Assembly (NCBI GenBank): GCA_051313645.2
Contig: JBNRSN020000030.1
Span: 33,170,001 to 33,234,000 of the forward strand
Direction: 5' to 3'
Origin: Centroscyllium fabricii
Lineage: Eukaryota
Length of the DNA stretch: 64,000 bases
Part shown: one piece after another, positions 37,114-49,579 of the stretch
Numbering within the stretch: position 1 is the first letter of the stretch
Layout of the letters: each line of letters starts with the position of its first letter
Position numbers and translations under genes: made by a program
The notes under the pieces: model-generated
Databases searched by the model: none
What the model was told of the DNA's origin: nothing
The model's input: the letters and a program-made list of their open reading frames with translations, nothing else

Positions 37114-38859
37114 GTTGCCTTCGTTGTGTACTTGATTGTGTGCTTCATTCATTTTTTCCTTCTCCAATTCCATTGGCTTTCCTTATTTCCTTCTTTCCTT
37201 TTCCCCTTCTTTCAGTCATTCCGTCTTTCAGTCCTTTTCTTCTGTCCTTCCTTAGTTATTTCCAGTTAGGCATGATGTTATTGTAAGAATGCTGGAGCAA
37301 GTCTTACCACGGATGCTTTTACACCTAACCGAGACTTAAATATAGCATCAATCTGTCTATAAATTGATTAAACTTTATGACCATCGAGATTTCAGAGCCA
37401 GTGTAGACAACGACGTTTAACTATAATCGGGTGCCCAGGTGTCAGAATGCAAGTTACTCTGATTGCTACTATTAGATGTAATGGGAAACAGGGGAGAAAA
37501 CTGGGAATACCGGGAATGTAAGCGGAACATAGATAGAAGTAATGTAGAAGGAGATTAGTTTGGTGCTTATGTATTTAATTCACCTCTAGAATTGTATAGG
37601 ATAATGTTTCAAATCCCGGACGGTCCCTGCTGTGTCCCTGCTTTCTTTACTCCACGTTTGTTGCTTCGGCAAACACTCAGCTGCATAAATGCGATCTGGA
37701 TATAATGAATCCTCCTACTTGCTACGCTGAAAAAATCAGAGTATCCATTGGATAATAATTGATAAACAACTGTTACACTGCAAGCCTCGTCCGGTTTCAA
37801 AACCGTGTCCTCTCGCATATTAAAACTCTCTGAAAGTGTGATTCGAGCCGTACAATCAACGAGCCGTTGATGGCTGAGCCATAACAAACTGTGCTGGCAT
37901 CCACAAGGAAATAACCATCCTGTCAGACCTCGGCTAGCCATCCAATCCCGTCAGATAAACATTCACGTCAAGTTTTCACCAAATACATCAAGGCAAAAAT
38001 ATTATTCTGTTTCACCAAATGCATTTTGAACGGGTGACTCGCAATTTAAACGTAAGACTTTGTCCTGCCAAATGGTCTGAAGCTACATTGTGGCCGGTAT
38101 CAGCATGCTCATATTACACCCCCTACAGTAATTGTACATTACTCAACCATTGAACCATAGAATGATAAAGGAGCTGTTCTCAATCAATTGCGTATCTGAG
38201 GCCCCCGTCCCATGTTAAAAAATGTTCGCACACCCCCTGTAAAACAACACATGTTTTACTCTGTATGAAACTATGCTCTTTATATTGGCATTTCTGGAAG
38301 GCGCCACTGGTCGACAGCACCATTCTACATATGATGACGGATATTAAGCATTTTTGGCAGGCACATGGAAACCTTGTCGCGGACGGCTTGTGGCCTTGCA
38401 CTAACGTTGCAACGTCGGATATTCTACAGATAGCTTTGCAATACAGTGGGAGGGACAACATAACGTTAATAGCATAGAGACAGTCAGACCATAGTCTAAC
38501 CTAGTTGCAGTTGCGAAAAATAAATCGTTCAAATAATACATTAATAGCCGGAGCACTAAGAACGTATTGTGGCACATATTTCCAGTTATACCTCTGGTCT
38601 TCAAAACCTATGTAGGGCTTCCTTCCTGACACTGATGCACCCAAATCCATTTGCGATATCTGGCTTGGCAAATTACTTTGACCGGGAGATGAGCATGGCC
38701 GTCCCACGGAAAACAGCGATACAAGGTGTGTTGACAAGGTTCAACTTCTGGTCTTCAATACTTAGACACCAACTGCTATCTGGTTACTTTCCGGGACAAA
38801 CAGAAGATTTGGTAGTGGATGTGCCAGCTTTAATTCGAAGCAGTTTAGAATTCAACAAA

Positions 38860-39398
38860 AAAGGTTCAAGTGATTGCTTTAGGAGGGGAAAATAGAGTAG
38901 ATCAGTAAAGTTGCAAATAGCATTAAATTGAATTGTAAATGCTCAAACACGTATGACAAAAGAAAAAGATTAGTGAAGACAAATGTAGGTTGGTTGCAGT
39001 GAGCAGTGAGAGAATGTTTAATGGGAACAAGGAAATGGCTTGGCAATTAAACAAGTACATTGCTTCTTTCGTCACGGAAGAGGACACAAAAAAACGGTCA
39101 GAAATGTAAGTAACCAAGTGTTTAATGAGAAGGAGGAATTAAAGGAAATGAGGATAAGTGAAAAAATAGTGCTGGAGAAATTAGTAGGACTGAAAACGGA
39201 TAAAAAACCATTGCTTGATAATATGCATCCCAGAGTACATGAATAGGTTGTCACTGAAATAGTGGATGCATTGTTTGTCAACTCCAGCATTCTATATAAT
39301 ATTGAACATTTCCTACAGTTTGCTGGGTGGCAAATCTAAGGTCACTATTTAGAAAAGGAGGGAGAGAGAAAACAGGGAACTACCGACCGGTTACCTAA
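38860..39398 (+). mobile_element. HER1/CR1 ORF2 internal fragment
   Basis: EKLVGLKTDKKP..DNMHPRV and ATTTAGAAAAGGAGGGAGAGAGAAAACAGGGAACTAC. Confidence 0.75.
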
Positions 39399-39399
39399 C

Positions 39400-42300
39400 A
39401 ACACTGTCCCTGCCTTCTACCCATATCCATGAATCCTTTTGTCCTTAAGGAATATATCCAACTCTCTCTTCAATATATTTAATGAGGTGGCATCCACTGG
39501 CCGGTATGGCACAGAATTCCACAGGTGCACCACTCTCTGAGTGAAAAGATTCCGCCTCAGCCCAGTCCTAAATGGTGTACCACTTATCCTTAACTTGACC
39601 CCTCGTACTGGTCTCCCCGGCCATCGGGAACATCATTCCTACATCTAGTCTGTACAGGCTTGACAAAATGTTATGTTTCGCTGAGATACGCTCTCAATCT
39701 TTTAAACTTCAGTGAGTATAACCCCAATCAACACAATCGCTGCTCCTACGTCATTCCTGTCTTCCCACTCTCACGCTTCACTCCTTCCATGGCAAGAACA
39801 TTCTGCCTCAGATAAGGCGACCAAAACAGTGCACATTACTCGAGGTGCGGTCTCACCAAGGCCTACACAGCTGCAGTACGACATCCTTGTTCATGTACTC
39901 GAACCATCTCGCTACAACGGCCAACATCCATTTGATTTTTTAAACCCCTGCTGCACCTGCATGCTTACTTTCATCGACTGGTGCCCAAGAACACACAATT
40001 CTCGTTGCACTTCCCCATCTCCCAATCCACTGCCATTCAAATAATAATCTGCCTTTCTGTTTATTGCCAACATAGTGGACAACCTCACATTTATCCACAT
40101 TATATTAAATTTGCCATGTTTCTGCCCAATCAACCAACCTGTTCAAATAGTCCTGGATTATTACGACATCCTCATTACAGCTTACCGTCCCACCTAGCTT
40201 TGTGGCGTCTTCAGGTTTGGGGAGGCTACATTCAGTCCTGTTCTTCAGATCAGTAACATATATTGTGAACAGCTGGGGTACAGGAGTGATCCTTGCGGTA
40301 CCACGCCAGGCAATGCCTGACACTCGGAAAATGACCCGTTTATTCCAACTCTTTGCTTTCTATTTGTTAAACCATTCTCTATCCAAGTAAATACCTTGCC
40401 ACTTATCCCATGTGCCTTACTTTTGCACGCTGATCTATTATGCAGGACCTTATCGAAAGCCTTCTCAAAGTCCAAATACACCTCATCCACTGTTTCTCCC
40501 TTATCTATTTTACCAGTTACATCATCAATACATTCTAGTGGATTAGTCAAGCAAGATTTACCTTTTGTAAATAAATGTCGACTATGTCAGATCCTGTCAC
40601 TGCTTTGCATGTGCTCTGCAATGACATATTTTATAATGGCACTCACATTTTCCCCATTACCGATGCCAGGCTTACCAGTCTATAATTCTTGGGTTTTACT
40701 CTACCACATTTTTGAATAGTGGGGTAACATTAGCTACCCGCCAATCCACACATACTGTTCCTGAGTATATCGACTTTTGGGAAATTACCAGCAACGCATG
40801 TATTATCTCCAGAGCCACTTCATTATCTACCCTAGGATGTAGATTATCAGACCCTGGGGATTTATCGGCCTTCACACCCATAAACTTCCCATAATCAGTT
40901 TCCTTACCAATACTGATTTCTTCCATTACCACACACTCATTCGGCCGATGTTCCGCGACATCTCCAGAAAATCACTTGTGTTCTCCTTTGTGAAGACAGA
41001 ACCAATATATGTACTTACTTGGACGGATATTTATTTGTTCCCCAATAAACTTCTCCCTGATTGTCGCTGTAAGGGACCTACGCTTGACTCCAACAATCTT
41101 TTTCACTTCACATATCTGTAAAAACTTTTACAGTCAGTTTATATGGTCGCAGCAAGCTGACTTTCATAATCTATTTCCCACCTCATAATTAATCACTCTG
41201 TCCTTTTTTGCTGAATCCTAAACTGCTCCCAATCCTCAGGATTGCTGCTCTTTGAGGCCAATTTCTATGTCCTCTCTTTGGATATTATGTTACCCCAAAT
41301 GTCCCTAGTTAGCCACGGTTGAGAATATTTTCTGATTTATTTTATATTCCAAATTGTGATAAACAAATTCTTAGCACATTCATGCGATCTTTGAATATTT
41401 GCCAATGCCTATCCACCGTCAACCTTTTGTGTAACACTTCCCATTTAATCTTACCCAATTCGCGTCCCAAACCATCATTTTTTCTTTAACTCACATCAGG
41501 ACAATAGTTGCAGAGTCAACTCCTTAACTTTCCAGCTTAATGTAGAATTATTTTTAATTTGCTCGCTCCCATCCAAGGGGCCTCGCACAACAAGTTTGAA
41601 AATGTATCCTTTCTCATTGCATAATACACAGTCTACGATGGCCTGATCCCTAGTTTTTCCTCGAAGTTTTGGTCTGCAAAACCATCCTGTATCGACACCA
41701 GGAATTCCTCCTCCACAGTATTGTTACTAGTTTGGTTAGCCGAATTTATATGTAGATTAAAGTCCCCCATGATGCCTACTGTGCACTTAATGCACGCTTC
41801 TGTAATTTCGCTTCTAATGCCATCCTCAACCCCTGCATTGCTGTTTTGGTGTCGAATAACCACTGGCAAAAACGTCTTCTGCCCTTTGTTATTTCTCAGT
41901 CCCACGCATACAGATTCCACATCATCAGAGCTGATGGCCCATAAATGAGCGCCGCATCACATGAGTACGGACGGTGTACTCACACATGCGGCCCTCTGTT
42001 GTGATGGTTCGGTGCATACACCGAGCATGCACACAGAACCAGTACTTCTGCTGCCGGGTCTGGTGGGGGCATGAGCCGGAGCGTGTAGGAGGTGCGCAGT
42101 GAAATTCCGATTTTGTTTTTGCAATGTATTTATCGGGGTAAGTTACGGCTGAAAATATCAGCCGGAACAACGACCTTTTAGCAGGTAAATCTTTATTTAT
42201 TCCATTTAAGTATTTATTTCACAGCTGTTTTTATTTTTAATAATTTAAACAGAGGTAAGTATTTTAAAAGCCAAGTTAAAAAAATATATATATTTTTAAA

Positions 42301-43016
42301 AAAAAATTTTTTTTTTTGTTAAATTAGATAATTTATGCCAGTGATAGTAATGTTAAAAGATGTGGTCTTTTTAATTATTTTAAGTTCAGTTTGTTTCTGG
42401 GGCTCTTGCATTTCATAATTTTGACAGATCTGCCTGTCAAAGTTATGAATGGAGGATTTTTTGGCACTTATTGGCTCGCCGCGGACCACGTAGATTCTCG
42501 GACTAACTCCTACACTGAGTTGCCTCAGCTCGGGGCGTGGGGCTTGGACCAGGACCTGGAATCGGGATTTGAACATCCTGAAGAGGACAAAGTTCTGTGC
42601 ACTCCGGAAGTGTGGGTTGGAGTCTTGCACTCACAGGAAGCATCCAACCCGAATTTCTGAACCAATATCTGTCCTTACAATTCTGTCAATCCCCTCTTAA
42701 ACCAGCAGTACAACCCCACGTCCTTTTCTTTTTTTCTAGCTTTGCTAAATATTGAATATCCCTGGTTGTTCAATTCTCAGCCTTGGACCCCAGCAGCCAT
42801 ATTTCCGCAATACAAAACATTTAATGTCCGTTTACCTCTATTTGCGCTGCCAATTCATCCAGTTTATTACAAATGCTCCTTGCACTAAAACACAAAGCCT
42901 TCAGTTTTGTTTTTTAGCGCTCTTAGACCTTTGCGAGTCATTATATTCTGTGGCCATGTTTGTTTTAAACACTTGATTTCTCTGATTGCCATCTTTATTT
43001 TTCTCCTCCCTGTCAT
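39400..43016 (-). mobile_element. Old HER1/CR1 LINE ORF2, interrupted by a MITE at 41936-42663; resumes at about 49393-49497
   Basis: YLDFEKAFDKV, KADKSPGSDNLHPRV and IMGDFNLH in minus-strand ORFs, collinear across the MITE. Confidence 0.85.
41936..42663 (+). mobile_element. Harbinger-like MITE, family B, copy 2
   Basis: Termini GGCCCATAAAT and GAATTTCTGAACC with GAT/AAT flanks. Internal similarity to 29964-30654. Confidence 0.75.
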
Positions 43017-43709
43017 TTAGAGTCATAGAGTCATACAGCAGAGAAAGAGGCCCATCGGCCCATCACGTCCGTGCCGCCCATCCAAACCTAGTCTATTCTA
43101 ATCCCACGTTACTGCATTTAGACCGTAGCCTTGTATGTTGTAACATTTCAAGTGTACATCCAAATGCTTCTTGAACGTTGTGACTGTTCCCGCCTCGACC
43201 ACCCTTTCAGGCAGTGAGTTCCAGACTCCAACGACCCTCTGGGTGAAAAAGTTCTTCCTCACAACCCCCCAAAACCTCGTGCCTCACACCCTGTATCTAT
43301 GCCCCCTCGTTATTGACCCTTCCACCAATGGAAAAAGTTCCCCGCCATCTCCCTTATCTATGCCCCTCATGATTTTGAACACCTCAGTCATGTCCCCTCT
43401 CAGCCTCCGTTGCTCCAAGGAAAACAACCCCAGCCTCTCCAGTCCCTCCTCATAGCTGAAGCTCTCCATCCCAGGCAACATCATTGTGAATCTCCTCTGC
43501 ACCCTCTCCAAAGCTATCTCATCCTTCCTATAGTGTGGCGAACAGAACTGCACACAATACACCAGCTGTGGCCTCAGCAGCGTTTTGTACAGCTCCATCA
43601 TCACCGCCCTAATTTTATATCCAATGCCCCTGCTAATGAAGGCAAGTATCCCATTTGCATCCTTGACCAACATACCCACCTGCCCTTCTGCCTTCAAGGA
43701 CTTGTGTAA

Positions 43710-44095
43710 AAACATAGAAACTTAGAAACATAGAAGATAGGAGCAGGAGTAGACTATTCGGCCCTTCGAGCCTGCTCCGCCTTTCAATGAGATCATGGCT
43801 GATCATCCAAACCCAGGACCCTGTCGCTGCCTTGTCCCCATATCCCTATCGAGCCTGCACCGACCCATATCACACCCTATCCCCGTAGCCCCACACATTT
43901 AATCCCCCTAACATTAAGGGTTAATTTATCCTGGCCAATCAACCTAACCCGCACATCTTTGGACTGTGGGAGGAAACCGGAGCACCCGGAGGAAACCCTC
44001 GGAGACATGGGGAGAATGTGCAAACTCCACACAGATAGTACCCAAGGCTGGATATGAACCCGGGTCTCTACTGCTGTAAGGCAACAGTGCTAACC
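43710..44095 (-). mobile_element. HE1-type V-SINE, 5'-truncated
   Basis: HER1 tail and V-domain. The head is cut at GGTTAGCAC. Confidence 0.88.
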
Positions 44096-44505
44096 TGTAC
44101 ACCAAGGACCCTCTGATCTTCTGTCTTCCCTAGAGTGCTGCCGTTCATGGTGTATTCCCACTCCATGTTCGCCCTGCCAAAATGCATCACTTCGCACTTT
44201 TCAGGTATAAATTCCATCTGCCACTGTTCCACCCATCTGATCAGCTCATCTATATCCCCCTGCAGCCTGCAGATCTCTTCCTCACTATCTACCACCCCAC
44301 CTTTCTTCATGTCATCTGCAAACTTGCTGATCATGCCTTTTACGTTGATATCCAAATCATTAATATAGATTACAAACTGCAAGGGAACCAACACAGATCC
44401 CTACGGTACCCCACTTGACACCGGCCTCCAGTTACAAAAGCAACTTTCGACTCTCACCCTCTGCCTTCTGTCACCAAGCCCGTTATGGATCCATTGTGCC
44501 AAAGT

Positions 44506-47500
44506 AGAAAAAAAGGGACAGGGATGTAGCTTTTGCTCGGAAGTGGCACGTTGGGACTGGATAGCGCTTACTCCCACATCTGATGCATCCACCTCCACCG
44601 CGAACTGCTGATCTGGATCAGGCACCTGGAGAATGGGTGCTGAGGTGAACCGGGATCTGAGACTTCGAAAAGCCTCCTCCGCTGCGGAAGACCACAGAAA
44701 CTGCAACTTAGAGGAGGTAAGGGCCGATAACGGGGCCGCTACCGTGCTGTAGCCGCGAATGAACCTTCGGTAGAAGTTAGCAAACCCCAGGAACCGCTGT
44801 AGCTCTTTACGTGTCTCTGGAATAGGCCAAGGCGCAACAGCTGACACCTTCTCTGGATCCATCTGTACGCTCCCCTGCGCAATGATATAACCCAAGTAAG
44901 ATACGGTTGTAGCGTGAAACTCACACTTCTCCGCCTTCACGAATAAAGAGTTCTCGAGGAGCCGTTGCAGGACAGTATGGACATGGTGAACATGCTCCTC
45001 ACGAGACTGGGAAAAAATCAAAATGTCGTCCATGTATACGAATACGAACCGGTTCAGCATGTCCCTTAGCACGTCATTCACCAAGGCTTGGAATACCGCC
45101 GGGGCGTTGGTTAACCCGAACGGTATTACGAGGTATTCATAATGACCAGTGGGAGGGTTGAAAGCTGTCTTCCATACATCGCAGTCTCGGATCCGGACCA
45201 GGTGACAGGCGTTACGAAGCTCAAGCTTAGTAAAGATGATCGCCCCTGGTAGCAACTGGAAGGCAGAAGAGATGAGTGGAAGAGGGTACCGGTTCTTTAT
45301 GGTGATGTCATTGAAGTCCCTGTAGACGATGCATGGTCGCAGCGACCCGTCCTTCTTACCAACAAAAAAGAATCCAGCCAAAGCAGGTGTTGAAGAGGGA
45401 TGGATGATCCCCGCCGCCATAGAGTCGCTAATGTACGCTTCCATGGCCTCCCTCTCAGGTGCAGACAAGGAAGACAGGCATCCCTTGTGTGGGCAAGAAC
45501 CAGGTTGCAGATCAATAGCGCAGTCGTAGAGGCCATGTGGAGGCAGCGACGTGGCCTTAGCCTTACCGAATACCTCACTAAATTCGTGGTATTCAGTGGG
45601 GACCACCGACAGATCTGGAGCGGGAAGATGTTTCAATGGCTGTCGGGAGACGGAGGCCTGTTTCAGACAGACCTGGTGACAGGAGGAACTCCTCTCCAGA
45701 ATGGTTCCCGTGTTCCAGTCAATATGGGGGTTGTGGCGGCGAAGCCAAGTGAGTCCCGGATCAAAGGAAGCCGAGTTGATTTCAGGATAAGAAACTGAAT
45801 AGTCTCATAATGTTTGCCAGACAGGAGCATGTGTCACCGTTCCCAGGAGGTGACCGTCGAGGGCGTTAGCAGGAACCGGCTGCGGCATTGGAACCCGGTC
45901 TATCCCCAGCTGCGTGACAAACTCCTCATCAATAATACTCACGTCGGCTCCAGAGTCAATAAAGGTGGCGAGAGTCTGGGAACCACTGGGAAGCAGAAGT
46001 CTGGCCTGGCACAAGGGTCATGGATTGGGGGAGAGTCTAGTTTGAATTTGGCTCACCATTTGGACCCCATCTACTGGTGAGCCCGGTCTTTTGCTGGGCA
46101 CAGGGAAAGAAAATGGCCGGCCTGTCCACAGTACAGTCAGAGATACCACTGGCGGCATCGTTCACACTCCTCTAATGAGAGACTGGTGCGATTCAACTGC
46201 AACGGTTAGAGCCCCTCTGACTGCGACCCTGCTGTAGCAGTAGGTCTGGGTGCTGCAAAAATCCCTTGAGATTGGCTCGGTGGAAGTCGACCTGTCACTC
46301 CCAGTCATCTCTCACGTCTCCGCGCCTGGATACAGAGGTCAATCCTTGTGGCAAGCCTAATTTGTTCATCCAGGGTGGAAGGGAGATCATAGGAGACCAG
46401 TTCATCCTTGATGTGCTCTGCAAGTCCATGGAGAAAAGCGTCACACAATGCAACAGATTTCCAATCACTCTGACGAGCTCTGATTCGGAAATCTATGGAA
46501 TAGTCGGCCACTGTCTGATTACCCTGGCTCTGATTCATGAGACCCCGAGCTGCGTCAGAGCTGTAGGTCACCATGTCGAACACATTTCTTATTTCAATGG
46601 CAAACATCTGGAAGGAAGAGCAAGCCAGAGTCCCTCTCTCCCACTCGGCGGTTCCCCAGAGGCGAGTTCTTCATGTGAGGTGGTTAATGGCAAAGGATAC
46701 CTTTGCCGCCTCATCGGCAAAGGTTTGGGGCTGCAATGCAAACAAGATCGAACAGTTTGTGAGGAAGGAATTGCATTCCTCAGGTTCCCCGGGGTAACGC
46801 TCCGGGATTCCGACCCGGGGCTCCGGTGTGTGGCCTTGTGGGTGAGGCAAGGGTGCCGACACCGATGCTGGAGCAAGAACTGGTGGTGGTGGGGTCCCCG
46901 CCGGATCCGAAGCTGCCCGTTGGGTCGGGGCGGTGGTTAGCTGCTCCACTCGATCTGTTAGCCCTCCCAAGGCCTGCCCCAGTTGCTGTAGGGCGCCCTC
47001 GATCTGTGCAATACGATCCAGTATGTCTCCTGTGTCCATTTCTGGCCAGATCGTACTTTAACGGGTGTAGGTTGGGCCCAAATGAAGTACACCGAAACAG
47101 CAGATGTCGAAGTAAACTATTTTATTGATAAGCAGTAGAAGACACTGGTAACAGTGGGACGATATACAGCCAGTTAACTACACGGAGGCAACAAGTCCAA
47201 AACAGGGGTCAGGCAGAAGAGAATCCAAAATCCAAAAGCAGATCAATATCAGGTAGTCAGTCCACGAAAGCGAAGAATCCAAAGGGGGGTCAGGCAGAAG
47301 AGACTCCACGGTCCAGGAAGCAGGTCATTATGTCAAACAGGCTGAATCAGAAAACCAGGAGCAAACGCAGGGTACCATAGACAGAAAGCACAAGAGGATC
47401 TGGCACCGACTGGGTGGAAACAGAGGTTTAAATACTGATACTAATTGAAAGGCCCAGAGTCACAAGTGACAATCAGGTGAGAGCAGTTGTGCTAATGAGA

Positions 47501-47537
47501 TGTTTGCCAGGTAGAGAGGGAGAGCCGACCTATGACA
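44506..47537 (-). mobile_element. Ty3/Gypsy LTR retrotransposon, Tf1/sushi group, 3'-truncated (5' LTR, gag, PR, RT, partial RNase H)
   Basis: LTR 47057-47537; gag start MDTGD (47039); CCHC knuckle remnant (about 46095-46135); protease FIDSGAD; [22 protein letters not shown]; RNase H EVDASDVG. No integrase or 3' LTR. Confidence 0.93.
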
Positions 47538-48018
47538 TCCCTTGTTTGCAAGACTCCTTGCATTAAAATAAATGCCATTTAACCTAGCCATACTCCCTTG
47601 TGTCGAGCCATTTATGTTCTGCCTTCCAATCTGACTTGCTTTTTCCTCTATATTTGCCTTTTCGTCACCCGCTATTTTTGCTCCACTGTGTATCCCAGCC
47701 CCTTGCCAAGTTTGTTAAACCCTCCCCAACAATGCTAGCAAACCTCCCCGCCAGGATATTGGTCCCCCTCTGGTTAAGGTGGAGACCATCCGAATTATAC
47801 AAGTCCCACCTTTCCCAGATCCAGGGCCAGTTATCCAGGAACCTAAAGCCCTCCCTCCTGCACCCACTATTGAGCCACGTATTAAGCTGCTCTATCCTCC
47901 TATTCCTATACTCACTAATTCGTGGCACAGGGAGAAATCCAGAGATTACAACCTTTGAGGTCCTTCCCTTTAAATTTCTGCCTAGCTCCCTGATTTCTTG
48001 TTGTAGGACCTTATCTCC

Positions 48019-48245
48019 CGTTTCGCCGCGACCATGAAAGGATGGGGACTCAGGGACTCGGCTGTCTGCGACTGTGGTCACCCTGAACAGACAGTCGATC
48101 ACATCATCGAGTCATGTCTAAAACATCGACCACCCAACGGCGAAGCCGGCATAGCTGCTCTAGACGACGAAACGCTAGCATGGCTTTCCTCAACCGAGCT
48201 GGTGATCTGACAACGGGATACTGAAGCAAACGAAAGAAGAAGAAG
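48019..48245 (+). mobile_element. Vingi/Ingi-type non-LTR retrotransposon 3' end
   Basis: Frame reads RFAATMKGWGLRDSAVCDCGHPEQTVDHIIESC...ETLAWL..stop (TGA 48208-48210), followed by a (GAA)n tail. Imperfect ATCTCCC/ATCCCTC flanks inside CR1 ORF1. Confidence 0.72.
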
Positions 48246-49039
48246 ATCCCTCTTTTTACCTATTTCGTTGGTTCCTATGTGTGCAACGACCTCTGACTGG
48301 TTTCTCTGCCCCTTCAGGATGCCCTGCAGCCGTTCGGTAAAATCCTTGACCCTGGCACCAGGGAGGCAACAGACCATCCTGGAGTCACGTCTACGGCCAC
48401 AGAAACGCCTATCTGCTCCCCTTACGATAGAGTCCCCTACCACTATTGCTCTCTCACCCCTTTTCCTCCCATGCTGAACAGCAGAAACCCCCCCAGTGCC
48501 CGGAGGTTGGCTACTGCTGCATTCCCCTGGTAGGTCGTTCCCCCCAACAGTATCCAAATCGGTGTACTTGTTCGTGAGGGGAATGGCCACAGGGGTTTCC
48601 TGCTCTACCTGCCTTGCCTTACTGCTCTTTCTGATGGTCACCCATTACCCTTCTGCCCGTAAACCCTTAGCCTGCGGTGTGACCAGCTCACCAAATGCGT
48701 AATCCAGGCACCTCTCAGCATCGCGAATGCTCCATAACCCATCCACCCTCAGTTCCAGTGCCGCAATGCGGTCAGACAGTAACTGAAGGTGGACGCATTT
48801 CCCACACACATGGTTGTCAGGGACTTCAGTAGTGTCCCTGATTTCCCACATGTGGCAGGAGGAGCAAAACACGGCACCGAGCTCAACTGACATGATGTAC
48901 CCCACTAAATAATTTTCCAAACGTTTATACTCCTCTCTCCATCTTGGTCCAATCCTGTTTTGATTTAAAGTCTCTCTCTCACTCTTGGTCCACTCCTGTT
49001 TTGATTTAAAGTCTCTCTCTCGCTCTGGGTCCGCTCCTG

Positions 49040-49392
49040 TTTTTGAAACTATCGTTCCACTCTCTGTTCCTTGTCTTTTTAAACTGCCGTTCCACTCTCT
49101 GTTCCTGGTCTTTTGAAACTGCCGTTCTGCTCTGTTCCTGGTCTTTTTAGACTGCCGTTCCACTCTCTGTTCCTGGTCTTTTGAAACTGCCGTTCCACTC
49201 TCTGTTCCTGGTCTTTTGAAACTGCCGTTCCACTCTCTGTTCCTGGTCTTTTGAAACTGCCGTTCCACTCTCTGTTCCTGGTCTTTTGAAACTGCCGTTC
49301 CGCTCTCTGTTCCCGGTGTTATTAAACTGCCTTTCCTCTCTCTGTTCCTGGTCTTTATAACTGCCGTTCCACTCTCTGTTCCCGGTGTTATT
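49040..49392. repeat. 35-bp tandem repeat (about 10 copies) in the CR1 5' UTR
   Basis: CTCTGTTCCTGGTCTTTTGAAACTGCCGTTCCACT with period 35 (49201, 49236, 49271). It is preceded by about three copies of a ~40-bp unit. Confidence 0.92.
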
Positions 49393-49579
49393 TGCTTCTA
49401 TCCTTGTTTAAATTTCCGTTGGCTCCATGCTCAGCTTCCCAGCACCCTGCCATTTTAGTTTACATCCTGCGCACAGCTTTAGCAAACACTACCCGTGGAG
49501 ATAGATATATTTCAAGAAACAAAAGGCACCGTGGGTAAGGGGAAAGAGCGGTAATATGATATTGAGCAAGAGATTCAGT

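Larger units (their letters stand above)
43017..49392 (-). mobile_element. CR1 LINE with 5' UTR and ORF1; ORF2 centre deleted; hosts SINE, Gypsy and Vingi insertions
   Basis: Tail at 43021-43035; RT KFADD (44068-44394); ORF1 zinc finger CSSCHMW..CGKC and esterase IVVGDSIVRG/HIGTNE (47665-48900); tandem-repeat 5' UTR. Confidence 0.88.

Noticed and set aside
38569-38895. ILRHQLLSGYFPG as a possible TM2-ECL1 remnant of the GPCR pseudogene; opposite strand weakly RTE-like
   Set aside because: Similarity is too weak to judge by eye, with no LSRGKCGL or AMA.ADL motif.
46305-47039. Domesticated PEG10/RTL-like gag gene
   Set aside because: It is frameshifted, still attached to an LTR, and a related solo LTR is nearby, so it is an ordinary decayed retrotransposon.
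48645-49268. 207-aa ORF with a repetitive N-terminus
   Set aside because: It is read-through of CR1 5' UTR tandem repeats into ORF1, not a host gene.
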